Below, one piece after another: positions 12,395 to 24,328 of a DNA stretch of 64,000 bases. A model generated the notes under the pieces. That model made no database searches and had not been told where the DNA came from. It worked only from the letters and a program-made list of their open reading frames with translations. Each line of letters starts with the position of its first letter. The stretch's first letter is position 1. The position numbers and the translations under genes were made by a program. Source of the stretch: Glycera tridactyla (lineage: Eukaryota); contig OZ286467.1 in the NCBI GenBank assembly GCA_965644265.1, positions 51,770,001-51,834,000 of the forward strand, read 5' to 3'.

Positions 12395-14033
12395 CCCATT
12401 TAGCTTATTCATGTGAGGGGGATGTTGGAACTGCATGGAAATCCCATTGCTGCAGGTGGTGTAATTTCAGGTCATTAGTCAGATGGGAAAATGGTTACCT
12501 TGGCCTTAGGATGCGGGATTGGAACCCCTTAATACAGTTTTTGACACTTGGTCAGGCATTATACAATAACACAATTATTCTTATTAATAAGTGGATTATT
12601 AAGTGGATACTATGAAGTGTTAATTTATCAGCTGAGACCATCAGAAAAAACTGGGCAATTCACTAACTGCAATCTTGATATAAATCTTCGAAAACAATGT
12701 GAGAATCTCAAGTGGAAAATTTAGGTGTGTACAGGGCCACCCAAGACTTCAATCTGGGATTGGAACCCCTGAGTACAGTTTTGACACATGGCCAGGTAAC
12801 AATATGGCGGAGAACAATTGTTTTTATTAAGTAGGCACATATTGTACTGTTATGTTATCAATGGGGACCATCTTGATAAGCGAGCAACTTCACTAAATGC
12901 AATTAACTTCTCCACCTTCATGATTTGAACAACTGGTAAAGTACACATTCAACGACTGCCAAAGATTTTACTGTCATTTTCCAAATGTAACATAGGTCAT
13001 CGACAAATTTCGGCACCTCCCATTTACCCTCAGTACTTCAACAAAATTGTTGTACCAGAATTTCTGGCCACTGATATTACATTTGACCGAAACAATCTGT
13101 CATGACTGTAATACAATAAGCTGGGGGAGTGGATTTGTGAGTAGAGAGGCCCACTTGAGATCAGTATCTTTGTAATGGAATAGATAATTGCACTTACATC
13201 TCCAGTCCGCACCAGAATGAGCAACTTGGAATAAATGCAACTTAGAACTGCCTATAGGCAAGTTATTCACTCCCTTTTGGAGAGATGGGGGGGGGGGGGG
13301 ATTTCAGCATCATGAGTAATTCAAAAATTCAGACATGAAGCTCTTGTCTGTAGGTATGACATTGGCACATGCTTTCCAGTGCAATACCATTGATTACTCC
13401 TTGTATTTCATTGTAGAACCTTTATCATGTTCATTATACAGTTCAAGTTATGGATTTTGAAGTTATAGATTTTTGAATTGAATGAAGAAATGTCCATGTC
13501 TGTGGGTAATTGGAATACATACATGCACCCACACACATACATATACCGTACCGCTGAAACTATATCCATAAAACCAGAAGAAATTGCACATTAAAGCCAG
13601 ACCGTGCACTGTACTGCTCAGATAATGATAATACAGTCAAACCTCCTCTAAAGACCACTTCTCTATGAAGACCGCCTCTCTGAGCTGCGATCATGGTAGT
13701 ATTTTCAACAGAAAATGACGTCTCTATAAAGACCACCTTCCTATGAAGGCCACTTTTTGATGCGACCAAAGGTGGTCATCTGATTGACTGGTGTGAATTT
13801 TGTCAACTCATCATCAATATCTGCTCATTGACATATTCACACCCATGCAACTAACTCTCATGTGTCAGTACAAAACTCCTTATGCTTTAACTTGACATTT
13901 GATACAAAAATATCTGGAGTTATTCATTCTTTCATCACAAGCATCTTTTACATGGCCAAATTTGTTATGAAAAATAGAAAAAAAATATGCAAGATTTAGC
14001 TTTTGTAGCCTCAAGATTATTCACCCTTGACTT

Positions 14034-14141
14034 GTGTCAATTTCTCAATTAAAGGGACAATTATTATATTAATACCTCTCGCTGCCAGTGTCAATTTCTC
14101 AATTAAAGGGACAATTATTATATTAATACCTCTCGCTGCCA
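14034..14141. repeat. Perfect 54-bp tandem duplication
   Basis: 14034-14087 is identical to 14088-14141. Confidence 0.95.
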
Positions 14142-14414
14142 ATTTATTTCTAAAGAGATTTCAGTAGAGATATTCAGTATTTTATTCATAATGAAGGGAG
14201 ACATGGCGTAATTTTGGCGTCAGTAAACAGCTGTGTGTAAATTTATGGCTGACTTAATTAATGAGTTCTATTGAGTTCCTTAATCAAGTCATTGATTCAA
14301 GTAGTAAATATTTATTTATTTTGTGATTTATGTCATGATAGGCTAACTCTGGACTCCCAACAGTCACAATTTTTAGAGATCACTTGAAAAATGATAATAA
14401 GGTAGATGATGATA

Positions 14415-14452
14415 ATAATGTTCATACTGATCTCAATAATAACAATGATTTA

Positions 14453-14521
<69 letters not shown>

Positions 14522-14546
14522 TATTATTATTATTATTATTATTATT
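14415..14546. repeat. (AAT)n microsatellite abutting (ATT)n
   Basis: Directly visible in the sequence. Confidence 0.95.
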
Positions 14547-15260
14547 CAATATCTATGAATAGGGACAATGAGCACTTGATGCTCTGTGATTGCAGGTGGT
14601 TATGTAGTGTAAAATGTGTGTGATAAATGAATGTTACTGTTGAATAATGCCATGCAAGATGTGATAATTTGTTTATTAGCTGGAGTAGTGGGGAGACAAA
14701 TGGATTGTAATTGTTGGTCAACAGTAGCAAGATTAGGTGCATCAGACTGCTGGCTTGGTGGTCCCCCCAGGATGCAGAGATGAAAGAAGGGTGCAGGAAG
14801 GTCGTACAATAGGTGAGAATGCAGTCATCCATGGAAGCTGCTGCTACTGCTGCTCGGCTACTCAGGTGTGACCTACTCCAGCCTGGTAAGCCACCATCAC
14901 CTTCTGAGGCTGGAGCTGGTCATGGGTGAGTGAGCATGCAAATGAGCAGGGCCCTCTGGCAGGAGTGGGCGGAGCTTGGAGCACAGCTGGTTCACCTGCT
15001 CGGGGTAATATAATGCCCCACTCCTCCATCCATCAGCATCTCACTCTCAGCATCCCTAGCAATCACATCACTTCTCTTGACAACTTACCTACTTACACAT
15101 TGGATCCTTCACCTCTGGATCATCTCACTCACTGCTGTACGAAGTTTTTTGGAGACATTTATTCTACATACATTTAATGCTTGCAATGGAGTTAGCTCAT
15201 CATGCACCTACTTTCACCTTCAAGAAGGACTTCAACCCTGGCTATACTGAGCTGCCAGCC

Positions 15261-15615
15261 ATGTCTGATGAGCATTTCAACCAGCTTTGGAACTCCTTGG
15301 GGGAGATCTCAACCGCCGAAACTGGTATGCATTCTTACCACCAGATGTCAGACAATGCAAGCAGCGATGGCATCGATCTTGATGAGTCCATTTCGGATCT
15401 CCTCTTGCCAATCATCGAAGATCATCCCGGAAACATGAGCCCGGAGGGTTCCATGTGCCCTAGTCCCGTGGAGCAGGTCCGTAGCAGCCCTGTGATGATG
15501 AACCAACCATCCACAAGCCCAGGACCGATTCAGTCACCGATCACCGTCTTTGACAACCAGTCATTCATCAAGAGTCCAGTCTCTGTCACAAGTGATAACT
15601 CCTGCATTGATGAAG
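15261..15615 (+). CDS. p53: p53-family gene A, coding exon 1 (transactivation motif and Ser/Pro-rich region); in-frame upstream ATGs at 15177 and 15186 are alternative starts
   Basis: Translates MSDEHFNQLWNSLGEI, the p53 FxxLWxxL motif. The ATG sits in gccagccATG context. Ends at donor GAAG|GTAAGA (phase 1) and joins in frame to 16487, giving ...[12 protein letters not shown], matching [10 protein letters not shown] in gene B. Confidence 0.85.
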
Positions 15616-16486
15616 GTAAGAATCTTTTACATTCATCAGCTCCTGTCCAATTTTGCTTCTATTTCATTTTGGCACATAATGGGTAATTCTCAAGAGTTGA
15701 AATTTGAAAGCATCTTGGGATTTGAATTTCCTATTTTCCAACCATCATCATAGCTGTGAAAATTAAAAAATATGAATTGGTCATGAAGTATCATTTAGTC
15801 AATTATATACTGTTGAAGTTCTCAAAATTCCTCCCGATTTTGATATGTGAGATATAAACAAAAAACCAGGTGTGATAGCTAGGCAAGTGAGAACTGCTCA
15901 TTGCTCAGTCACCCCCCCCCCCCCCCCCACTGTCAAGCACACCCACAACAAAGACTTGCATTGAACAAATGGTAAACTGTTAAATTGACAGTTGGGTTGT
16001 TTGACTACCCAGGAACCCTTTTGTCTCCAGCAGCAGGAGCTTGTTGGCTAGATTTTAATTCAGTTTAAAAAAAATGACTAACTAGATATTTGTGTGAAAG
16101 TATAGGAGTGTGAAGTGGTATGTAAAATATATTTCAAGCTACTGGGAATTGATTTAAATAGAAAATTGAAGTAGACAACTTCTCATTCTTTTAAGAGGAT
16201 AGATTCTGCGGTCATATTTGGTCAGAAATACAGCTATTATTGGGGGATTACATGAGCTTAGAGTGCACATTCCCACATCCCTGTTTGGATATGGACTTAG
16301 TAAAATGGCTTTCCTCTTGAAGGATTATTGTTGTGCATATCTGACCACAAGATGACACTATTTCCATTCATCGTATCCTGACAACCAGTGGTTTAGTATT
16401 GAATCAATCTCATGCATACAATTGAATGTTATACTTTATTTCTATTTTCTCATGCTTATAATGGTTTTCCTTCTGTCTGTTTTCAG
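15616..16486 (+). other. 871-bp phase-1 GT-AG intron of p53-like gene A
   Basis: GTAAGA donor and ttctgtctgttttcAG acceptor. Splicing restores a continuous frame collinear with gene B. Confidence 0.85.
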
Positions 16487-17337
16487 ATCATACCCTGTAC
16501 ATGCAGTCTATCCCGTCACCCCATCAGCAGATGCCAGCTCCAGCCGTACCCGATAACACAGCCTATACTGGTGATTATGGCTTCTCCATCGCTTTCGAAG
16601 AACAGCTGAAGGAATCACGAGCTGCTACGTGGACCTACTCCATTGAATTGAAGAAGTTATATGTACGCATGGCAGCACCTTGCCCCGTGAAGTTCCGCAC
16701 CGCCGTGCCTCCACCAGCTGGTAGTGTGATCCGAGCAACACCCGTTTACATGAAGCCCGAGCATATTCAAGAAGTTGTCAAGCGTTGCCCAAATCACGCC
16801 ACTGCAGCCGAGCATAATGATGGACACGTAGCACCGAATCATCTCATCCGATGTGAACATCAGCGAGTACAGTACGCAGAAGATGCATCCAAGCGTTTGA
16901 GTGTGGTGATTCCCCATGAGCAGCCACAGGCCGGTTCTCACTGGGTCACCAACCTGTACCAGTTCATGTGCTTCAGCTCATGTGTCGGTGGACTTAATCG
17001 CCGACCACTTCAGCTTATCTTCACGCTGGAGCATGATGGCATCGTTCTTGGACGTCATTCCGTCGAGGTGAGAATCTGTGCCTGTCCCGGCCGTGACCGA
17101 CGTGTAGATGAGCGTGCGATGGTTCCCGGCAAACCTGGTGTGAAACGACCCCGCAAGGCACCAAACACCGCAGCTCCTGCCCCCAAGATGCGCAAAACCG
17201 CCAATGGCAATGATGTCTACGTTCTTGAAGTTCGTGGTTTGGAGCACTACGAAATGCTCTGCAAAATTCGTGACTCTCTGGAGTTGGCTGCTCTTATCCC
17301 ACAAGACCAGTTCAACATGTTCAAGCAGATGCAATAA
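16487..17337 (+). CDS. p53: p53-family gene A, coding exon 2: complete DNA-binding domain, NLS and tetramerisation domain; no SAM domain
   Basis: [99 protein letters not shown]. The stop TAA overlaps AATAAA (17333-17338). Confidence 0.97.
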
Positions 17338-17611
17338 ACATTTCTTTTGCATTACATGCTACCATGGAAACAGACTGTATATGAAAATTGCCATGATGCA
17401 TGTGTGTAATATCCAAAGGTGCTGCCATTCTTGGCCCAATTATGTCACATTCCGTCCAATCAGAGAAAATGTTGCTTAAGTGATAGATATGCAAAAATGT
17501 ATTGATGTTGTAATGACCAAGTTTTTACAAAGATATACCATGTCAGAGTGATTCTAATATAATTATTTTCCAATGCAAGCCATAGTGTGTTCAACCACTC
17601 AGGGCATGATA

Positions 17612-17738
17612 CAGTGAAACCTGTGATGAGAGACCACCTTACATGCCTACAAAAATTAATTCTGTCATCAGTGATATATTTGATGATGATTGGTAGATGT
17701 GGTCGCTCATCATGGCTCCCTCCTAACAGGTTTCACTG
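17612..17738. mobile_element. TA-flanked MITE just 3' of gene A
   Basis: CAGTGAAACCTG/CAGGTTTCACTG terminal inverted repeats with TA flanks. Confidence 0.75.
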
Positions 17739-18375
17739 TATTGTATAATATTCCCATGTTAGGGTTCATCAAAGTAATATACACAGAACGATATGTAATT
17801 GATCGGCATACCTCAGTAAGAGATCTATTAGATCATGCTCAATCAATTGGGATTACTCGGTGCAGAAGTTACTAATGTGTTCATGGAGGAATAATCAGCC
17901 TTATGATTCCCTGCCAGACTTTCTTAATGTTCCTGTGCAGGGTTGGGTGGTTGAGGAGTGTTTGGGGGGGGGGGGGGGGGGGGGTGAATGGGGACAAACG
18001 AGAAACAATTTTGATTGTTGGATCTCGATCCAATTCAGCTATGAATAAGTCAGTATTATGTGGAAACTTTTTTTGCCCCGTATCATTCCATACACTGCCA
18101 GAGTTGCCTTAGCAATTATCATCTTCATTGAATTTCACTCAAATCAGTTACTGCCCAAACATTATTGTGCAATGTGTGATAAAGCGTGTTGTGATAGAGT
18201 AATTAAGTCTTGAAATCATGTAAACTATTGTTTGTAATGATAACCTGTTTGTTATACAATCATGTAAGTGTATATAAAATCTTTCAAATGAAAAAGTTTG
18301 GTTTTTGTCTTTGTCCCATGCCAACAGTCAGTTTGTCTATCTGTCTGTCTGTCCTCAGCTCACAAATATAGGAAT

Positions 18376-18611
18376 NNNNNNNNNNNNNNNNNNNNNNNNN
18401 NNNNNNNNNNNNNNNNNNNNNNNNNNNNNNNNNNNNNNNNNNNNNNNNNNNNNNNNNNNNNNNNNNNNNNNNNNNNNNNNNNNNNNNNNNNNNNNNNNNN
18501 NNNNNNNNNNNNNNNNNNNNNNNNNNNNNNNNNNNNNNNNNNNNNNNNNNNNNNNNNNNNNNNNNNNNNNNNNNNNNNNNNNNNNNNNNNNNNNNNNNNN
18601 NNNNNNNNNNN
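18376..18611. other. Assembly gap
   Basis: N run. Confidence 1.
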
Positions 18612-19671
18612 GTTCATGTGTAATCTGAATGATGCAGCTTATATCATATATAAATCAAGAGAAAGAGATTAAGTGATTAGATAGGCCCCTTGTGGGGAAT
18701 CTCATTGTGGTTTAAGTTAAGTGTATAGCGGGATTAATGGGAGGGTGGGTGACACAGGGGTTCCCAATGAAAGGGATCAGCCACGGATTATCTGCAACCA
18801 TGTCATGTGAGCTAGCAGTGAATATTAATTGCATTTTCAATAATTATCATCAGCTGGTTCAAAGCTGCTGATATTTCCCTACACAGTATGAGATGACATA
18901 AAAAGAAATCAATTGGCCCATCTTGAAAATCAATCTGCCCTGTTATATTGTATATTTACTTATGGCCAGTTTCCACCTGCCCAAAAGGAAATTGGACCTG
19001 TCCTGAGCAGGTTTGCTGCTATCCATTCTCCTCCATTTTGCATTTTAGATTCAGGATGTTGGTAGGCTCTAGCCCGGGTCCTGCATTTTTGCCTCTTTTG
19101 GCCCATCCTCACTTCCCACTATGGGCCAGGAAGCCCTGTTTTTTCATCCTGATAAACCATGGATCATTATTTGGAAACAGCCCATCACATTTCTAGTTCA
19201 TTGGCCACTCACCTGTCAGGAAATCCAAAGGTCTGACATTTTGATCAAACTTATTTCTTGTATAATTTCACCCTCCATCAGGGTCCCAAGAGAAGGAATC
19301 TAAATGAGCCAAGCCATGCCTATTGCATGGGCATCTATATAGCCCAGATGGTGCTCTCAAGACACTAATTAACCAATATCATAGATAGTCTACAAAACAA
19401 GTAGTCTCTTGTCAGAGGTATTTTTGAATACAGTCAATTCATTCTGCAAAGAAAATAATCAGTTGTAAAGAAAGTGATGCTTTCAAAGAGTTGGTCTTTG
19501 TTGAGGGGTAGTTTACAGTGGAAAATACTGGAAGTTGACAGTTCATGGTTGAACAAATTGGTTGAGTATCCTCAGAACCTAATGCTTTCCCTTGTTTCGA
19601 GGACTGCTATCAGGCTTTAGCATAAGCTTTTAACCAGTTACATATTTAGATATGCCATAATTAGGTTCAAT

Positions 19672-20969
19672 TTATTGGCACGCATGCGGAGCAAAATGCG
19701 TGTCTATGTAATGGCGCAGATTCCATCTGTCCGGCCGTCCGGCAGTTTTGCCGTGTGGCGTAAACTTCCTGGTTAAAGTTTTTGGTTAAAGTTTTTCTAT
19801 GAGCTACTACTCTGTAACTAATCAAGCAATATTTCTGAAATTTTGCAATCATCAAGATCATGAGCGGCAGAATACTGGGTATCAATATTGTTCCAATGAC
19901 TTTCATGGAAGATGAGTTATTCAGGCTGGAATCCTGAATTTTAAAGCAACTTTCTACCAGCAGAATAGGAAAGAGTGGACTATATGATGTCTATTACCGA
20001 GGCTGTTATGTAATTACACTGCCGGTCCTCTGAATGGGGCCTTGTCACATATCGTCCTCGGTTATATAACTGTCTTTGCACCAAGTGGAGTCTTTTCACA
20101 TATCAGCAGAGCTGTATCATCTCTTGATTAAACTGTGGTGGGCAGGGCAGGGGGTGGGGGCAGCAGCGAGTGGCCATGGGATGGGGTGGGGGGGGGGGGG
20201 GGGTGGCAGTTGTAGCAGGATTGATTGCACCTGGGTTGGGGGGGGGGGGGGGCTAGGACAGTGAGAGGGGCAATGGCAGGGGCGGAAGGAGTCTATCAAA
20301 TGCCTGTGACCTTGACCTTCATTTTCAAGGTCATGACCTTGAAGCTACATCCATCAAATTTTGCCAGATATGCACCAATGAATGGGGGACAATCCCATCG
20401 GATGTGGTTGACCTTGACTTTCACCTCCAAGGTCATGACCTTGACATTCAAAATATTTTGTTACTCCAATAACATGAGAACACTTGGAGATACATTCACC
20501 AGATTTACACCATATATGCACCACTGAAAGCAAAAGAAGCCTATCAAATGTCAGTGACCTTGACCTTCATCTTTCAGGTCATGACCTTGACTTTGAAAAC
20601 TTCAAGCTACATCCATCAAATTTCTGCCAGATATGTACCAATGAATGGGGATAATCCCATCAAATGTGGTTGACCTCATCCTTCACCTTCAAGGTCATGA
20701 CCTTGACATTAAAAATACTTTGTTACTCCAATGACATGAGAACGCTTGGAGCTACATTCACCAGATTCACACCATATATGCACAATTGAAAGCAAAAGAA
20801 GCCCATAAAATGGTGAGTGACCTTGATCTCCATCTCCCAGGTCATGACCTTGTTACTGCAATTACTTGAGAATGCTTGGAGCAAAAGATTATGCTTGCTA
20901 GATTCAACTGCTTGGATGAATTAGCGGCGCACATGCGTGCCATTTGTGCATTTATGCCTTGTTCTTGTT
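19672..20969 (+). mobile_element. Helentron/HINE-like non-autonomous element
   Basis: 11-bp subterminal inverted repeats TGGCACGCATG (19676-19686) and CATGCGTGCCA (20932-20942), a 5' stem-loop, T-rich ends, and internal repeats rich in TGACCTTGA. Confidence 0.65.
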
Positions 20970-23464
20970 AGATAGGTAGAGGTGTGTCTAAACTGTCAGC
21001 TACTTTCATTTAACAACCTCATCTTGTGTTCAGGATTGGGAAAGTGATGCCTGCAGGGGACAGAGCATCTAGCTTTCATTAGCCAGGATCACACGGCATG
21101 TATAATCCTCTAGGTCGACTCATGCTGTTAGGCCTCAATCAAAAATCCAATTTCCATAAACTCTCAGGATTATCTTAACAGGGAAGTGTCTATGGTGAAA
21201 CTTGCTATGAGGGGCCACCCTAATTGTCACCAAAATGAAGAACAGAGATCACCCTAAATGTTGCCAAAAAGCGATCTCTCAGAAGAGGTGGTCTCTCATC
21301 GGAGGTATATTTGACTATGTCAAATAGAAGAGCTGCCATAAAAAAGTGGTCTCCATTGGAGGTGGTCCCTGGTCGAGGAGTCTCATTGCAGGTTTCACTC
21401 AATAGTGAAACCTGTAACAAGAGACCACTTGATGAAAAATGGCTTCAGCAGGGTAGCTTTCCTATTTGACATAGTCAATTATACCTCCTACAAGAGACCA
21501 GCTTTGGGAGATGACTTTTTGGTGACATGTAGGGTGGTCTCTCATCACAGGTTTCACTGTAGTGATTTGAGAAACCCTTGTAGATCTTGATGCTTATGGC
21601 CTACTATTTACTTGGAGATCAGTTCAGGGTTGCGTACACGTGAAAGCATGCGGTAGTAAACTCATCCATTGACTGACGGCCGCCGCCATGGAGGGCATTG
21701 TAGCATATTGACGGACTTTTATGAGGTGTCAATATTGCTCTGGGCGCGAGATCGATAAATGATTGAAAGTGAAACAGATGAAGTCAAATAATAAAAGTGG
21801 GTCATTGGGAGAGTAGCATACTCTCCGTGGGCAGGTAAATAGGTGTTAGTACCCACTAACACCATTTCAGCCGTATGATGGTGTGCATCCCACAATGTGC
21901 TGCTTTCTATCAGAATTATTTGTGGGCATCATGCTGTTCATCAGTTAAGCAGAATACTGCTAGCAGCCCTTGGGTTAAGACGAAATCCAGCTTTTTGATA
22001 AAAAAGTCTTGAGAATATGGGTCATGGGACACAATCATTAGTAATTAAATGGGTTGTAACTAATTGCATGTGAAGTGGAATCTATTGAGTCTTGGAAGAG
22101 GTCTATTGGTGATATATTCCAGTTGTTTCCGTGGCTCATCAAGATTTTCTAATGAGAAGGAATCATGGGAAAAACTTCTCAGTCAGCAAGTGAAGAAATA
22201 TTTGTTTCGACTTCCATGCCAGGGACTGATCAGGTATTTATAACCCATTCTTCCAGCAGGACAGAGTTGATTGATGTGTCGGGTTGTCATAGCCTACACT
22301 GAGGTTGGACATGCCTGGTGGTAAGATGTAGCCCAGTTGTGACGTTCACTCACAGGACATGCCAATGTTAATGAAAATTGTGTATTCAACAACACCCAAC
22401 ATAGGTATTGACGTCTATACTCATCACTCGAATAAACAGTCTGAATTTTCATCAGCAAAAAATTGTTGTCGAACCTACTGTATGATATACAGTCGAACCT
22501 GCTCTAAAGACCACCTCTCTATGAAGACCACCTCTCTATATAGACCACCCTGAACTGCGACCAGGGTGGTATTTTCAACAAAAAACAACCTCTATAAAGA
22601 CCACCTGCCCATAAAGACCACTTTTTGATGTGACCGAAGGCGGTCTTTATAGACACCACAGTATTTCGATTTAGTGCCAATGCAAACAAATGCTGGAAGT
22701 TATATTGTGAATGGAAAAGGGGACGTGAGGAAGAGAGGGTTAAATGTACTCTGATCCCCTTAGTATTGACAGCTTTCCCCCCATCAGATATGATAACAGC
22801 TGATTATCCATCCCCGAGGACCGAGGACGAGGACCGAGGATGGGAGGGGAGCATGTAAACACACACTCAGAACATGCTGCTCACTCCTATTTACCTTGCA
22901 GCCCCGTCAGCTTTTTATTTTCATTTTGCCCTACTCCCTCCGGGTGCTGCAAATCGATACATACCATTGCAGGCCATTCCCACCATATATGGGCTGCATA
23001 GAATGGGAAATACTCTGTAGTATTGCAAACACCTGTATGGGAATTGAGTTTCCAGGTGTCTTTCACATTTTCAGGGATAGCTCAAATCTGTGTCCTGTGC
23101 AGAGATTTGATTCAATTTGAAAAAAAAGACATACAATCTTGAGAGGTCATACTCTGTGCAGGTGAAATGCCAACCATTATGATTTTGAAGAGAAGATTTC
23201 CAGTTGTAATATCGGAATTGTATGCATAATATTACTCCTAGAATTTCATGATCCTATTATGGTCATTGCCATTGATGCCATCATTACTCTTGAAAATTGG
23301 TATCATCACCAATTTTGGTCATCAATGACTGGCGTATCTGCCTGTGCCATAGAGGGGAGGGAGAGGGCTGGGCTTTGCTCCATGAGGTGGCCACCATCAG
23401 AGGCAGTCGAGGGACAGAAAGCGGGGCAGTAGTTGCAATCTCTTATGAGGGCACATACTGTGAT

Positions 23465-24020
23465 ATGGATATGCACCAAACTTACTCAAAGTAATGACCC
23501 AATGGTTGACCAACTCCCTCCTGATGCATGTGACCCTAGGTCAAAGGTCAAGGTCACAGGAACTATTCATAAATTTTCTCATTTCACACTCCAGCTCAAG
23601 CTTGCATTGATCGATATGCACCGAAGTTTCACAACATAATAACCCAATGGTGAGATATCTCCCATTCGATGCATGTGACCCTGCGTCAAAGGTCAAGGCC
23701 ATAGGAGCTATCTTTAAATTTCCGCATCTCACACAATAACCCAGGCTAGCATTGTTGGATAGAGATCAAACTGATCTGGGATGATGTTACAACAAATCCC
23801 TTACAATGCATGTGACCCTAAGTCATAGGTCAAGGTGAAGGTATCAGGTGCTACTGTTGGATTTTCTTATTCTACACAGTGATCCAGTGACTTATTACAT
23901 AGCCAACCAAACATCTCAATGACCTTTTCCTATATGGGTTACCCACTGTGCTCCAGTGTGTGATATGGGTTGCCCACTGTGCTCCCGTGTGCGGGGTATA
24001 TTGCCCCTCTGTGGCCTTGT
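23465..24020 (+). mobile_element. 5'-truncated copy of the 27350-28746 family
   Basis: Same repeat units and a near-identical 3' end (23830-24020 versus 28545-28746). Confidence 0.7.
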
Positions 24021-24241
24021 TCTTGGGTAAACTTAAGATGATTTCAACATTTGCAGGGTCTGTATTATTCTGATATTTATTCCTGAGTTTTGGCTGTTGA
24101 TGTAGAGCATCTGGGTCTGTTGCTACCACCAGGGTGTGAAGAGATAGCCACCACCCACCTTTGACTGCTAGACTCCCATGGTGAGCAGGTATATTTCATA
24201 ATTGTGCATCATTGGGCAGTGAACATATAATTGGGACAGGC

Positions 24242-24242
<1 letters not shown>

Positions 24243-24325
<83 letters not shown>
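24243..24325. repeat. (GT)n microsatellite
   Basis: Directly visible in the sequence. Confidence 0.95.

Positions 24326-24328
<3 letters not shown>

Noticed and set aside
14384-14623. Poly-Asn/poly-Tyr ORF
   Set aside because: Translation of the (AAT)n/(TAT)n microsatellite.
15616-15686. C-terminal tail of ORF 15177..15686
   Set aside because: Follows a consensus GTAAGA donor; intronic.
17240-17250. His at the human R337-equivalent position in gene A, mimicking the R337H allele
   Set aside because: This position is not Arg in p63/p73 (Thr/Asn) or in gene B (Asn), so the analogy is not informative.
16657-17479. Overlapping and antisense ORFs over gene A (and 35125-35687 over gene B)
   Set aside because: Shadow frames of GC-richer coding sequence with no recognisable motifs.
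20130-20290. Poly-G tracts as functional G-quadruplexes
   Set aside because: Poly-G/C runs are scattered throughout the window, their lengths are unreliable in assemblies, and they show no positional association.
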